A stretch of DNA of 64,000 nt from Chrysemys picta bellii (lineage: Eukaryota). The stretch lies in contig NC_088807.1 in assembly GCF_011386835.1 (NCBI RefSeq), forward strand, positions 1,178,001 through 1,242,000. Reading direction: 5' to 3'. Under the pieces are notes generated by a model that did not search any database, was not told the DNA's origin, and worked only from the letters and a program-made list of their open reading frames with translations. Positions 23,366 through 36,603 of the stretch are shown here, piece after piece. How positions within the stretch are numbered: position 1 is the first letter of the stretch; each line of letters starts with the position of its first letter. The position numbers were made by a program, and so were the translations under genes.

Positions 23366-25244
23366 CCTCTGTCGGTGAGAGCAGAGGAACCAGGTGTTAC
23401 CGGGGCTGCTGGGACAGGCGGGGCTGCAGAGCCTTGCCAGGGCGCTGGAGGAATTTAATTACGGCGCGTGATGCAGGTGCGAAGTGACACGGTCTCCGGC
23501 GCTGGGTGTGAGCCAGGCGTCGGGATTAGCGGCAAGCGGGGGTGGCGGATTCCAGCTGAATAGAGGCAGGAGTGATGACTTAATTCGGCCTCACCGGGAA
23601 CGGCTCTCGCTTTTCACCGAGCCAAATCCCCGGGGTAGGATTAGCGCTGGCAGGAAGGCGTCCCGTCCCCCGCAGCCCCCTCCTGGGACCCAGCCGGAGC
23701 CTTTCCTCCGGCAACAACCTCCCGCCCGGCAGGGGCCTGCTCCGGGCTACCCCAATACACCCAGTACACGTACAGCGCCCAGCGCCGCGGGGTTCTGGGA
23801 CGTTCCTGGGACCGCTAGGCACATCCTTAATGGGCAGTGCTCAGCACAGTGGAGCCCCAGTTATGGGCCAGGACTCCATTGTGCTAGGCACTGTACATTT
23901 CTTAGGTGCATTATGGTAGCACGTAGAAGTCTGGAATGGACCAGTCCAGAACCCCATTGTTTTGGGTGCTGCACATCTATTAAGTGTATTATGGTAGTGC
24001 CTTAGGGTCCTGGCCCTAATGTAATGCTCCTAATAAATGTACAGGACCCCGCACAGTGGGAGCCTGGTCATAACTGGGGCTCCAGCTTGGAACTGCTCAC
24101 TTATTAGGTGTATTATGGTAGTGCCTAGCAAAGCCAGGGCTGGGTCAGGACCCCAGGGTACTACCGTAATACAGCTAGTAAGTGGACAGTAGCTGGTGCC
24201 ACTGGGGGCTGGTCTATGGTGCACCCCCAAGTGCTCCTGCAGCTGCCCTGGAGGGGGATCCGGACCCCAGGGAGGCCGGGGGTGGGTTACTTATGGGCAG
24301 GAGCTGGTGGGTTACGGGCTTGGTGGGCTCCACGTGGCCAGTGAAATGTTAGAGCCCTCGGGCCCCGTTCAGGGAGGGGGGGTTGGCAGCCAGGACTCCG
24401 GCGAGGGGTGGGGTCTAGAGTTGGCGCAGGGAGGGACTGGGAGCCAGGACTCCTGGGTTCTGTTGTGCTCTGAGTGGCTGTGGAGTGTTTGAAGCCAGGC
24501 GTTACTAGGCTGTTCTCTTTAAAGGGGAATTGAATTGCTGTTGAAAACGCCTCCTGGGCCCCGTGGGGAAACTGAGGCACGGAGAGAGCAAGTGGCTTGC
24601 TCAGGGTGATGCAAGTTTGTGGCAGAGCTGGAGATAGAAGTGAGGAGTCCCAACTCCTAGGCCCCCCCCCCTGCTCTAACGACTAGACCCCCACTCCCCT
24701 CCCAGAGCCGGGGAGAGAACCCAGGAGTCCTGGCTCCCAGTCCCCTGCGACCCGCCCATCCTCCAGACCCCGCAGATCCAGGAGCGCTTTCCGGCTGAGG
24801 TGGGTTCTGCACGTGCTGAAATAGGGGCTCGCAGCTGTCTGAAGAAACGAGCGGTGGTTTCCCTCCATGTAGCGTGCAGCGGCCAAGAGCCGGGTCTCCG
24901 CTGCTGGGGCTGCTAGCGAGGACGGGCCGCGGCGCCCCTCCTAGTTAATTAGCCAGTGTTCGTTAACAAGGCTGATAGCCCACTTCACATCTGCGGAGGG
25001 CTTGGCAAGCGCCGGCTGTTTAACTCGCAGATGAAGAGCGCCGTGGAAAGACTGTTTCCCCCGTTCGGGGCTGGTGGTGGGTCCCCCTGCATCCTCCCCT
25101 CTCCCCCCGCCATCTCCAGCTGCTCTGATCTTCTGTAGGGGGACTGAACCCCGGGTACGCTCCAGCCCATCCCCCAGCCAGCGCAGATCTCGCCTATGTT
25201 TTTGGCTGATCTCGTGCTGAGCGTCCCCAGAGGAAGCGCCACCT

Positions 25245-25720
25245 GGCTGGGACGCTGGGTTCAGTCCCTGGCTCTGCCACTGGGACCTTCAGCAAGTCAC
25301 TCAGTCTACTGTGCCTCGGTTTCCCACTTGTAAAAAGAGAATCGATCCTGCCTGTGTCTGTTTAAATTGAGCTCTTTGGGCAGAGACTCTCTCTCTCTGT
25401 GTCTGCATGGCAACAGGACCCCCCAATCTCGGATGCTGCACTGCCCGCGACAGGCCCCTGATCTCGCTTGGGGTCTGGGCGGCGCCCGGTGCGACGGGCC
25501 CCTGATCTCGGTTGGGGTCTGGGGGGCGCCCGTCGCGCCGGGGCCCTGATCTCGCTTGGGGTCTGGGCGGCGCCCGGCGCGACGGGGCCCTGATCTCGCT
25601 TGGGGTCTGGGCGGCGCCCGGCGCGATGGGGCCCTGATCTCGGCCGGGGTCTGGGCGATGCCCGGCGCGACGGGGCTCTGATCTCGGCCGGGGTCTGGCC
25701 AGTGCCTGGCGTGTTCTGAG
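25245..25720 (+). mobile_element. MIR-like CORE-SINE with ~5-6 tandem copies of its tail segment
   Basis: ctgggttcagtccc...ctctgccac...gcaagtcac...ctgtgcctcggtttccc followed by repeated ggggccctgatctcg(c/g)ttggggtctgggcggcgcccgg. Confidence 0.7.
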
Positions 25721-25834
25721 CAGGGACGTGACAGAACTGCCCGGGGGAAGGGATTGGGTGGGTTAAGGCTGGCTCAGTGGGGCCGGGCTGCCCTGACAAG
25801 TTCCCTGCCAGCTTTTCCTTGACCCGGCGCCCAG

Positions 25835-25975
25835 CTGCTGGCGTGCTGCCTGAATGCCGCCTGCATGGGGCTGATGGACGCTGGCCTGCCCATGAAGTCG
25901 CTCTTCTGCGGGGTGACGTGCGCCCTGGACGCCACCGGGGCCATCAGCCTCGACCCCACGGCCAAGCAGGAGAAG
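25835..25975 (+). CDS. EXOSC5: EXOSC5 exon 4
   Basis: cag|CTG...AAG|gtggg; [47 protein letters not shown]. Confidence 0.95.
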
Positions 25976-26774
25976 GTGGGTGTGGGACTGCCCAGGGCCA
26001 GACGGCTGTGCCCTAGGGGTGTCTGGGTTTAGCACCGCGGTGTCCCCACGGGACTAGAAGCAGCAACCAGCACAAGGGGGGGCCCTGATTGGGGGGGGGG
26101 CAGGGTCTGTGCCTGGCACAATGGGTGGGAGGGTCTGTCGCACCCAGCGCAGTGGGGGCCAGGGGTGGTGGTTCCTTCCTGACCCTGCGCTGACGGGTGT
26201 CCTGGAGCGTGGAGCTTTGCTGCCTCCGCTCCTCTGACCCGAATGCTCTTAATGGCTCGTAAACGTTGCCAGCCCCTGACCCTCTTGCCTGGCGGTGGGA
26301 ATCAATTCTCCCTCCCCGCTCCCCCGGCCTTGTCCACTCCGTGTGTACCGAGAGCGGGGTCTAGCAGTGAGAACGGGGGCCAGCACTCTTCTCTGGCTGT
26401 GGGAGTGGAGAGGGGGTCCAGTGGTTAGAGCCGCCAGGGGACTGGGAGTCAGAAATCGGGGAAACTGCGGCAAAATGCGAGGTGGTGACCTCTGCGAGCA
26501 GAAATAGTGGAGCTGAAATAATCCCACGTCATTTGTCGGTGTGGCCTGTGGAACTCTCTGCCACTGGACGTAGGCGCGAGCAGGCTGCCTGGCTAACAGC
26601 GCCTGCAGGCGCTGTGTCTGACACGAGGGGAGAAAGCCAAGCCCTGGTGGGCTGGGACCATAGAGGTGGGATCCTGGCCTGCGAGGGTCCCGGGGTGAGC
26701 GGGGAAGGCCCCAGCATGGTCTATCCCCCTGCAGTGGCGTGGCCAGGCAGTTCACTGTCCCCCTTCCCTGGCAG

Positions 26775-26864
26775 GAGGCTCGGGCCGTGCTGACCTTCGC
26801 CATCAGCAGCGTGGAGCAGCAGGTGCTCATGTCCACCAGCAAGGGGACCTGCTCGGTGGAGGAG
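26775..26864 (+). CDS. EXOSC5: EXOSC5 exon 5
   Basis: cag|GAG...GAG|gtgag; EARAVLTFAISSVEQQVLMSTSKGTCSVEE. Confidence 0.94.
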
Positions 26865-26869
26865 GTGAG

Positions 26870-27065
26870 CGGGGTGTGGCCGGGGTGCCATGCGCGGGGG
26901 GGGGGGCGAACCCGGGGTGTGGCCGGGGTGCCATGCGCGGGGGGCGAACCCGGGGTGTGGCCGGGGTGCCATGCGCGGGGGGCGAACCCGGGGTGTGGCC
27001 GGGGTGCCATGCGCGGGGGGCGAACCCGGGGTGTGGCCGGGGTGCCATGCGCGGGGGCGAACCCG
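26870..27065 (+). repeat. ~38-bp minisatellite x5 directly after the exon-5 donor
   Basis: Unit ggggtgtggccggggtgccatgcgcggggggcgaaccc. Confidence 0.9.
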
Positions 27066-27902
27066 GCTTGGGGCGCGGGGTCCTGCGCGTCCCAGGCCGC
27101 TCAGACCAGTAGCGTGTTGGATCAGGCTTGGAGATCTTGGGGGTCTCTCGTGCGCCGAGCCGGGAGCTCAGCTTGGTCCCTGCCGGGTGCAGACGGATCC
27201 CCTCGTGGGAAGGGGCCGCCGAGCGGTGCTGCTGGCTAAATCGGGGTGGGGGGCCCCGCTCTGTACCCGGGAGGGGTCATGTCCGGCCGCAGCCGCTGCT
27301 CAGTTTGTGCCGGCGGGTCGCAGGCTGGGCCCCCACCTTGGCCCCCGGCGCTTCTGGGATCTCAAAGCGCGTACGGGCTCCGAGACCGTCCGGCAGCGCG
27401 CAGGGTCTGAGAGGGGGCGGGACGGCTCCCCCCACGAGAATCCCCCATGCATGGAGCCTCCGCTGCATCCCCTTGCTCCCAGACATCACAGCGTGTCTGT
27501 GGCTCCCGGTGCCTGTTACCCCCCCCCCGTGCCTCCCCCAATCTCTGCCACTGTCAATCCATTCCCGCCCTCCCCCCCCCCCCCCGGCTCAGCCCAGGTG
27601 GGGGCTGCGCCCACGCGCCCGCTGCAGCAAGGGAATTGACGTGAGACGTTCAGAGCCTGGCTGCTGCGGGGGGGGGGGGGGGGGGATCTCAGCCCTGCCT
27701 GCATGTGGGGAGCAGAGCAATGGAGGGGGGGGTTCCCCAGCTGGCTCTTAACCCTTCAGTGCCCTGGCGGGGGATGAGACGGGCGAGAGCTGGTGCTGGG
27801 CCATGCTGCGTTTACAGCTCAGCTCTGTGCTCCGGCTTCCCTAGCAGAGCCGTTTCCCTCCAGACCCTGGGAAATCTGCCGTCCAGGGTCGGGAATGGGG
27901 GC

Positions 27903-28330
27903 ACTGGCAGAGCTGCGGGGGGGGGCAGGGCTGGGCTGGCAGGGGCTGCGGGTCGGGAGTGAGGGGCACCGGCAGAGCTGGGGGGCGGGAGCCCAGGGCT
28001 GGGCTGGCAGGGGCTGCAGGTCGGGAGTGAGGGGCACCGGCGGAGCTGGGGGGGGCAGGGCTAGGCTGGGCTGGCAGGGGCTGCGGGTCGGGAGTGAGGG
28101 GCACCGGCAGGGCTGGGCTAGCAGGGACTGCGGGTCGGGAGTGAGGGGCACCGGCAGGGCTGGGGGGCAGGAGCCCAGGACTGGCAGAGCTGGGGCGGGC
28201 AGGGCTGGGCTAGCTGGGGCTGCGGGTCGGGAGTGAGGGGCACCGGCAGGGCTGGGCTGGCAGGGGCTGCGGGTCGGGAGTGAGGGGCACTGGCAGGGCT
28301 GGGGGGTGGGAGCCCAGGGCTGGCAGAGCG
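27903..28330. repeat. Minisatellite family 2 array (G-rich orientation)
   Basis: Repeated ggggctgcgggtcgggagtgaggggcaccggcag. Confidence 0.9.
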
Positions 28331-28734
28331 GGGCGGGGGGTTGCTGTAGCACTTTGCTTGGGGCTGGCACGTGCCCGGCTGTTGCTCAGGGGCAGAATTT
28401 CGGAGCCTTTCAGCCACATCTGGTTTCCCAGCCGCTCCCCGGGCGGCTGGTGCTGGGGCAGAGCCACTGAGGGGCGGGGCGGTGGGGGGTGCTGCTCTGA
28501 GCCCCAGCTGGGTCCTTTGACCATTCCTCGCCCGGCTGCTCCCAGGGGGTAAGCTAAGCAGGGCGGCCTGTGCCCGGCCTGGCTGGGAGACCCCCAGGGC
28601 ACGAGAGCCCCCGGCTGCCGCGCGGCCCAGAGCTGGGCGCATCTCACGCAGTCACTTCCAGAGCCCTCTGAGGGGCCGGTGGGGAGCGACGCCTGGGCTC
28701 CCCGGGGGCTGTTTTCTCCCCTCCTGAGCACTGG

Positions 28735-28910
28735 GGGGGGCGCCTGCAGGAAGGGGGGGGCTGGGAGCGAAGGGTTCCCCTCCTGGGCACTGTGTGGGGG
28801 GGTGCCTGCAGGAAGGGGGGGGCTGGGAGCGAAGGGTTCCCCTCCTGGGCACTGGGGGGGGAGGGGCGCCTGCAGGAAGTGGGGGGCTGGGAGCGAAGGG
28901 TTCCCCTCCT
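28735..28910. repeat. ~57-bp tandem repeat x3
   Basis: gcctgcaggaagggggggctgggagcgaagggttcccctcctggg. Confidence 0.85.
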
Positions 28911-29452
28911 GGGTTCGGGGCAGTTTGAATGGTTGATGGGGAATCACAGCCCCGGCCTGGTTGCTATGGCGATGGGAGGTAGGGTGCTGGGATGGCAGCT
29001 CTCCTCCCGTCTCCCCCTCACCCCCCCCCCCAGCCCCACTTCTGGGCTGGCTGTGGGGCTGGGTGGGGAATGTGGGGGTCCTGGCCCAGAGGTTCCCCTC
29101 ATGTATTACAGGGAAGGTGAAGGGGATCGGGGCCTCCCCCTGTGTGAAATGAGTTGGGGGGCTCAGCCCACCACTGGTGGCTGGAGGCCGAGCAGCCCCC
29201 CCTCCCCGGCTGTGTCCCCCTGTTCTGTGAGGCCACACCCCCTGCCCTGCCCACCGCCCCATACACAGGGAGCAGGCCCCCCCTTCCTGGGGATGGGGAA
29301 TCCGAGCCGCCCCTCCAGGCAGGTTGGTCAGAGCAATGATCCCATCCTGCCCCTGGCAGAGCGGAGAGTCTCCTTCGCGGCCCCAGCCCACCATGGGGGC
29401 CTGTCTCTGGGGTCCCCCCGCTCTAACCGCCCGTCTCCCTGCTCCTCCCCAG

Positions 29453-29545
29453 CTGCAGCGGTGTATCGCGGCCGCCCAGCGGGCCAGCGGCGCCATCTTC
29501 CAGTTCTACCGGGACTCCGTCCGCAGGAAATACTCCAAGGCGTGA
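29453..29545 (+). CDS. EXOSC5: EXOSC5 exon 6 (last)
   Basis: cag|CTG...TGA; LQRCIAAAQRASGAIFQFYRDSVRRKYSKA*. Confidence 0.95.
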   Translation: MQRCIAAAQRASGAIFQFYRDSVRRKYSKA

Positions 29546-29653
29546 GGCCCCGGATCCGTGAAACCGCTCCCGGCTCCTGCCCGGCCGCGCAGGCTGCGTC
29601 CGCATCACCCCAAACCCGGCGTTTGCCGCCATGAACTCTGTGCCGCGGTGCCC

Positions 29654-29659
29654 ATTAAA
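29654..29659 (+). terminator. Probable EXOSC5 polyadenylation signal
   Basis: ATTAAA ~110 nt after the stop, followed by a GT-rich tract. Confidence 0.65.
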
Positions 29660-31817
29660 AAGGGTGTCCCCCCCCGTGTGTCCAGCCAGCCGTCTGCACC
29701 GTGTGTGGGATGGAGCGCGTCCCTTGGCCGTGCCATTTCCCCCCCACGCCCACTGCTGCTCTGCAGGGATCTGCCCCTGCTGGTTTTCCGTTCCCTCCAG
29801 CGGAGCCGGTGGGCAGCCGAATTCCCGGCACTGCGCCCAGCGACCGTGAGCTCTACGGGGCCCCGGCTGTCTCCTTGCGGACGCGACCGGGGGAAACTGA
29901 GGCCCGGTGGGGGTGCTGGTCTCCCCTCCCAGTGCCAATCTCCACTTGGCCCTGCTGCACGGGGGCTCTTGCCTGGCAGAGCCGGGGGGGGGGGGCATCT
30001 GGACCCCTCTGCAGCCGGGCCAGCCCCGCCCCCGTTTAACCCCTTGTGTACCGCAGCTGTGCAGCAGCTCCCAGCCCAGCCCCCCTGCTCAGTGTGCGCT
30101 GGGGGTGGGGGTGGCGAGGGTTAAACTGGGAGGGGATTCGGGGCAGGGGTGGATTTGCAGGGGAAATCGAGTGTAAACCCAGGCGGGAGCTGTCAGTGAC
30201 TCATGGGCTGATCTCTCTTTTCATTGGCTCGTTCCCCCTTTTTATTTACCCGTCTGGGCCCTAGGACCCGCCCCTTCTTGCACCCTGGCCGGGGGGCCGA
30301 CCCCACCTGCCTGAGCCCAGCACGATGGCTGCAGCCGGGCGCCGCTGTGCACCGGGGTGAAAGTGGGGGACACGTTCATTCCTCCCTGTGTTCCCCCTTC
30401 TCGCTCCCCGGCTTTCTCCCTCTGCCCGCAGCCTTCTCCGGAGCGCCCCCCAGGGCCGGGGAGACCCCTGTGCTCTGATCTCTCCCCCACCGGGAGCGGG
30501 GCCCAGGCCAGCCGGGGGGGGGATCCTGTCTGCCCTGGGGCGGCCCCAAGGAACTCTTGTGCGAAGGAGAAGAACCAGGCGCTGGCGTGGGCTGGTTCCC
30601 TGGGTCCTGTCAGCTGTGAAACCCCCTGGCTACGACTCAGCCTCCCCCCTTCCCGGGGGTCCTTTGGGGACCTGGCACCCCCTCCTCCCCCGGCCTTGTC
30701 TGCTGATGGCCGTGAAGTGTCCCTGGGGCCCCTTCCTTCTTCCACCGGCTGCACTTCCCATGTTGAACCCTCGCCGTGCTCCACCCCAGAGACAGCCGCT
30801 GCCTGCGCAGCAGAGGAAACAGCCTGCGTGGAGCTAGCCGGCAGGACCCCCTGGCCGTGCCCCTCTGCATTCTGTAGTTGGGGGGGGTTCTCCCCCTGAA
30901 ACCCTGGCCCCCCCGCCCGCTGCAGCTCCTTCCCTCTCCCGGCGCAGCCAGGCAGCCACTTTGGTTAATGAGCCTAATCGCTTTAATGAAATGATCTTTC
31001 ACTTGCCCGTCGGCGCTGCGAGCTCCATTCGGCTCCTGCTCTAACCCGTCTCCCTGCCCCCTTTCCAGCCTCCTGCAGCCTGAGCCAGGCCTGGGGGGAC
31101 CTGCCGCTCTCTCACACGTACCCCCCAATTCCTCGGGCCCTGGAGCAGACGATCATTCCTCCCGCTCCTCGAGGCCGAGCCAGCCACGTGACTCTGGCAG
31201 CGTAGAACGGGAATGTGATTTTTTTTTTTTAAATGCTCACACCTTGCCGCAACCTCCCCCCCGGAAAAACCCCAGCAAGCCGTGTAGAGAGATCGGCGTG
31301 TTTTAATAACCAGGGGGTGTTGGGCTCAGGTTAGACCCCAGTGTCTGTCCCGCCGGGCTGAGAACAGAGCCCCCGGCTCGCCCCCCGCAGCCCAGCCACG
31401 GTGGGGGTGTCGTTCCCACGAGCCGCGGGGCGTAAATCGCTGGTGGGCCAGGCCTGGACCAGCAGGACTCGGCCCGGGCTGGCCGGACGGCGGCACTGGC
31501 TGAAAAGCAATCGGGCGCCTGGTCCCCACCCCGGGGCTCTGCACCGAAACAACCCAGCCAGCTGTGCCTTGACATTTCAAATCTGCCCCCGGGATTTAGC
31601 CGCATGACTCCGGTTAATTTCCACCGTGGGGTGGGGGCCGGCTGCCTGGCTTTGAAAACATCTCTGTCCAGAGCAGTTCTCGGCTCGCAATGGCCCCGCC
31701 GTTTTCAGGGGCGCTGCTAATGTTCACGCTCTTCCACTTGCTAAAGGATCTGTCACCAGGAGCTGAGATGCAGCCACCTCTGGGGTGGGGCATGGGGACT
31801 ATAGGCAGGGCTTCCTC

Positions 31818-32485
31818 TCTGACGAAGTGGGACTGTTCTTAATGTTTCCTCTAATACTGTGTGGGTGCCTCAGTTTCCCCTATGCATTTCTTAAGTCTCT
31901 AGGGGGTGAGATTGTTGCAGAGCAAAGGGCCAGTGCACATTATGTCCCACACTCTGTTTCCTGGCAACTAATGGCCAGGGGCCTTCCCCCCTGCAAGGGG
32001 ATTTCTAAAGGTGTGGGAGAACAAAGAGATCAGGTGACAAAACCCAGAGGGGGAGGGGCTGGAGGGGGGTTGAGTTTGGAGCTGGCTGGGGACTAGGAGT
32101 GAGGGCAGATGGGGGTGTCTGGCTCACTGCCCCCCAGAATGGACCCGGCTGAGGGGTCCTGTTCTCTGTACCTACAAGCTCTGTTTTAGACCCTGTTCCT
32201 GTCATCTAATAAACCTCTGTTTTACTGGCTGGCTGAGAGTCCCGTCTGACTGCGAAGTGGGGGTGCAGGACCCTCTGGCTTCCCCAGGACCCCGCCGGGG
32301 CGGACTCGCTGTGGGAAGCGCACGGAGGGGCATATGCTGAATGCTCCAAGGTCAGACCCAGGAGGTGAAGCCGTGTGAGCTTCTTGCCCTGAAGACAGTC
32401 TGCTCCGAGGGAGAGGAGGCTCCCCAAAGTCCTGACTGGCTTTGTGGGGAGCAGTTCCAGAGCGTTGCCCGGGGACTCCGTGACA
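31818..32485 (+). mobile_element. Solo LTR (~668 bp)
   Basis: T(C)TGACGAAGTGGG start, ...GTGACA end, internal AATAAA at 32208, flanks tcctc/ccctc. Confidence 0.6.
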
Positions 32486-32759
32486 CCCTCCCCCAATGCT
32501 TAGATGCAGCTGCCTCTGGGGTGGAGTGGGGCCCAGGGGCTGTTCATACCTGGATCCCTCACCCTGCACTGAGATGCAGCCGTCTCGAGTGGGGCACATT
32601 GGTTTATAGGTCAAGTGCTGCTGCTTTCATGTGTATTTACCTGGGGGCTTTGTCTACCCTGGGCTGTTTACGCCCTCGTGTCACCGAAACTGCTGTGAAC
32701 GTGACCACAGCGCGCCAAGGAATTGGCTGTTAGTAGATTCTGGTGAAGCAGGACGTGGG

Positions 32760-33130
32760 CCTCCTGAAATGCGCGGGCGGGGCCGTGTGTGGCCAGGGCC
32801 CCCCGAAATGCACGGGTGGGGCCCTGTGCGGCCCAGGGGCCTCCCAAATTGCTGGCAGGGCTGTGTGCGGCCAGGGCCCCCCGAAATGCACGTGGGCGGC
32901 CCAGGGGCCTCCCAAAATGTGCTGGCAGGGCTGTGTGCAGCCAGGGCCCCCCAAAACGCGTGGGCGGAGCCGTGCCTGGCCCCCCGAAATGTGCAGGCGG
33001 GGCCGTGCCTGGCCCAGGGCCTCCCGATATATGCCGGGGGGGCTGTGTGCGGCCAGGGCCCCCTGAAATGCACAGGCGGGGCCGTGCCTGGCCCCGGGCC
33101 CCCTGAAATGCACCAGGGGGGGCCGTGTGT
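32760..33130. repeat. ~40-45-bp minisatellite x~8
   Basis: Repeated ggccagggcccc(c)cgaaatgcac...ggggccgtgtg. Confidence 0.85.
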
Positions 33131-34282
33131 GGCCTGCAGGCTGGCCACCCCCTCTAGCCCAAAGCTGGGATGTTGCAGAGGGAAGGGAAGGGGCGGGTGG
33201 GTTTTTAACCCCAGGCTTCCTGTTGTGGGGGGGGTATTAGAAAACCTGGGCTGAGAGGGGCAGGCTGGGGAGCTGATTTCATGGCGGTGGCACCAGCCTG
33301 AACCAATTTAGGGCCAAATTCTCCTGCTGACACTCGTGTGAACCCAGCATAGCTCCGGGAGCCGCTCGACTGCTGTAATTTGCTTTCGGTTGCTGACTCA
33401 GCCACTGGGGGCCTGGCCCCATTGACTCCAACTGGAGCGACGCTGATTCACGGCCGCTGGGGGCCTGGCCCCGTTCGCTCCCGCTCTGCGGTGCTGGACC
33501 GTGTGGGCAGCCCCGTGTAACCGACCCAGCCCCAAGCCAATCGCTAGGGGGCGGGCAGGGAGGGACGAGCTGCGTGGGGGAGCACCGGGGTGGGGGGGAT
33601 TTTAGCTGTCTCCCAGCCAGCCACGTGGGCTCCGGGGAAGTTTTCCGCCTGAGCGGGGATCAAGGTAACCTTTAAGGCTTTCACTGAAAAAGCCAGAGCG
33701 GGGCTGGTGAGGGTCCATCCATCTGGGCTGGAGCTGCGGGGCCGCTCAGACGCTCCGGGCCCGAGGGGAGAGGCTGCAGCCGCATCCCCCCCACAGCGGA
33801 GAGCGCGGGGGGCTGGTGGGAAGTGGCTGCATCCTGCTTCGTTTGAGGATGAATCGTCTCCTCCATGAGGATGTCAGCGGTTCGGAGGGAGAAACTGAGG
33901 CACCAAGAGGGGGGTGGACTTGCTGAGGTCAGACCGGGAGTTAGGGGTAGAGAACCCAGGAGTCCTGGCTCCCAGCCCCCCCTGCTTTAACCACCAGACC
34001 CCACTCCCCTCCCACAGCCAGGGATAGAACCCAGGAGTCCTGGCTCCCAGCCCCCCCCACCTGTAACCCACTAGACCACCACCCCTCGCAGCTGGGGATT
34101 GAACCCAGGAGTCCTGGCTCCCAACCCCTTGGCTCCAGGAGAACCCACTTCCTCTCTATGGGCCTCCAAGCACTTTAGGCAGCGGGGGGCAATGGAAGCA
34201 GCCCCCCGGCTGGGGCGTTAACCCCTCCCCTGTGGGGCTGAACCCTCGCCGCCCAGCGGATGCAGGCAAAGTGCACGGGGCC

Positions 34283-34288
34283 TTTATT
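34283..34288 (-). terminator. Probable TMEM91 polyadenylation signal
   Basis: tttatt on the + strand = AATAAA on the - strand, ~360 nt after the stop. Confidence 0.65.
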
Positions 34289-34650
34289 GGATGGGGCGCG
34301 CCCCTTGGGCAGAGCGTGACCCTGAGCAGAAGGCTGGGGGGAGGGGAGGACATACAAAATGGGGACACAGTGGGGGGGGCATGAAGGAGGAAGGAAGAAA
34401 GTGTGTGTGGGGGGAAGGTCCGGTCGGTCACCACGAATCAAGCTCCCAAACCCTGCTCCTGGTGAACCCAGGCGTCCGGGCCCATGTCTCTGGTGGCGGG
34501 GAGGGAGCCGCTAGTCCAAATCTCTCCGCTGGCCTCCATCCCCGCAGCGCTGGGCTCAGGCGTGTCCAGGAGCCGGCCCCCGTCTGTCGGGGGGGGGTGC
34601 CCCCAGTCCAGGCAGCCTTCTTCCCCCCACCCCCCATTCCCGGGGGGACA

Positions 34651-34965
<315 letters not shown>

Positions 34966-35259
34966 TTACATCTGCCCCCTGCCCAGATGGATACCCCGAG
35001 ACCCCCCCCCCCATTCCCAGGCCAGATTCTCTCCCCCCATGGGCCCTGCATGCCACCTTCTGCCCCAGACAGTGCCCCTCCTGCCCCGCCCCCCCCAGCT
35101 GGGAGTGGGGACTGGGACAGGGCCCCCTGGAGGGTTGGGGCCCCCTGAGGGACTGAACCAGTTTTTGGGGGGCAGGGGAAGTTATGCAAGTATCTCCCAT
35201 AACGTATGCAAATCGTCCAGATTTGATTGCAGCAGTGGGCGGGGTGGGGGGGGGGGCTA

Positions 35260-35481
<222 letters not shown>

Positions 35482-35524
35482 TCAGGGGGCTGGGGGGAGT
35501 GCAGTACCCCGGCGGCCACTGTTT

Positions 35525-35885
35525 AACCCCAGGAGTCCTGGGTCCCAGCCCGCCCTGCTCTAACCACTAGCGCCCCCTCCCCTCCTAGAGGCAGGGCGGG
35601 GATAGAACCCAGGAGTCCTGGCTCACAGCCCCCCTGCTCTAACCCACCAGCCCCCACTCCCCTCCCAGAGCCGGGGAGAGAACCCAGGAGTCCTGGCTCC
35701 CAGCCCCCCCTGCTCTAACCCACTAGACCCCACTCCCCTCCCAGAGCCGGGGAGAGAACCCAGGAGTCCTGGCTCCCAGCCCCCCTGCTCTAACCACTAG
35801 CCCCCCCTCCCCTCCCCTCCCCTCCCAGAGCCGGGAGAGAACCCAGGAGTCCTGGCTCCCAGCCCCCTACTCTAACCACTAGCCC
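35525..35885 (-). repeat. SINE-head tandem array x~6
   Basis: Repeated agaacccaggagtcctggctcccagcccccctgctctaaccactag. Confidence 0.9.
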
Positions 35886-36229
35886 CACCCCTCCCCTCCC
35901 CGGTCCCGGGCGGGGAATCGCTCCAGCCCCTCGGCAATGGTGGGATCAGCCAGGCCAGGGCTGCCCCACCCAGGCCCCCTCAGGACCCACCTGCCTGGGG
36001 GGGCCCAGCCAAGCCCCCACTCTGTCCCCCCGCAACTGCCTTCTGCACCAGTCCCAGGCGGCGCAGCTCCGGGGAGCCAGGCAGGGCCCCCCTCGTACCA
36101 TTGTAAGTCTGGTACTGCCCCGGGGCCTGGGTCACGAGCGAGCGGGGAACCCCAAAGCCCCCCCCGGCCGGTGCCCTCCAGCTGCTGGCAGGGCTCGGCC
36201 GGATGCCTGGGTTCGCAGCCCCCCCTCAC

Positions 36230-36603
36230 CTCGAAGTCAGGCAGCAGCTCCCCGTCGCCCACTTCGCAGCAGACCGTGTGAATGTCCTTCTCCAGGCAGA
36301 GCTTCTTGGGGCGCTCGGCCGGCTCCCCGAACGCCGTCTCGCAGTAACCCTGCTTCCTCCAGCTGGGGGGCTCCCCGGCCTTCCATGTGGGGCCCGGGTG
36401 GGGGGCCGGCTCGGGGCTGCCCAGCGGCTCCACTGTCCTCTGCAGGGTCCCTGCGTCCAGCAGCTGCTGGGGCAGCTCGGGGGGCAGGCGCCTCCAGCCG
36501 GGCCGAGCGAAGAAGCCAGGGTGTTCCCGCCGCGTGTCCCCGCCGGGGCGCCCCCAGAGGCCTTGGCCAGCAGCGGGTGCTGTAGTTCGTGGAGGTTCTC
36601 CAT
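36230..36603 (-). CDS. TMEM91: TMEM91 first coding exon (374 nt, one base short of frame)
   Basis: MENLHELQHPLL... then a frame change to ...LPQQLLDAGTLQRTVE...GYCETAF...DIHTVCCEV...LLPDFE|gtgagg; acceptor at 36666-36667. Confidence 0.8.

Larger units (their letters stand above)
22784..25834 (+). other. U12-type (minor spliceosome) GT-AG intron of EXOSC5
   Basis: 5' site GTATCCTT; branch point TTTTCCTTGAC at 25813-25823 with the A 12 nt before the 3' splice site. Confidence 0.9.

Noticed and set aside
23572-23660. Box C-like GTGATGA suggesting a C/D snoRNA
   Set aside because: No box D (CTGA) or terminal stem at a suitable distance
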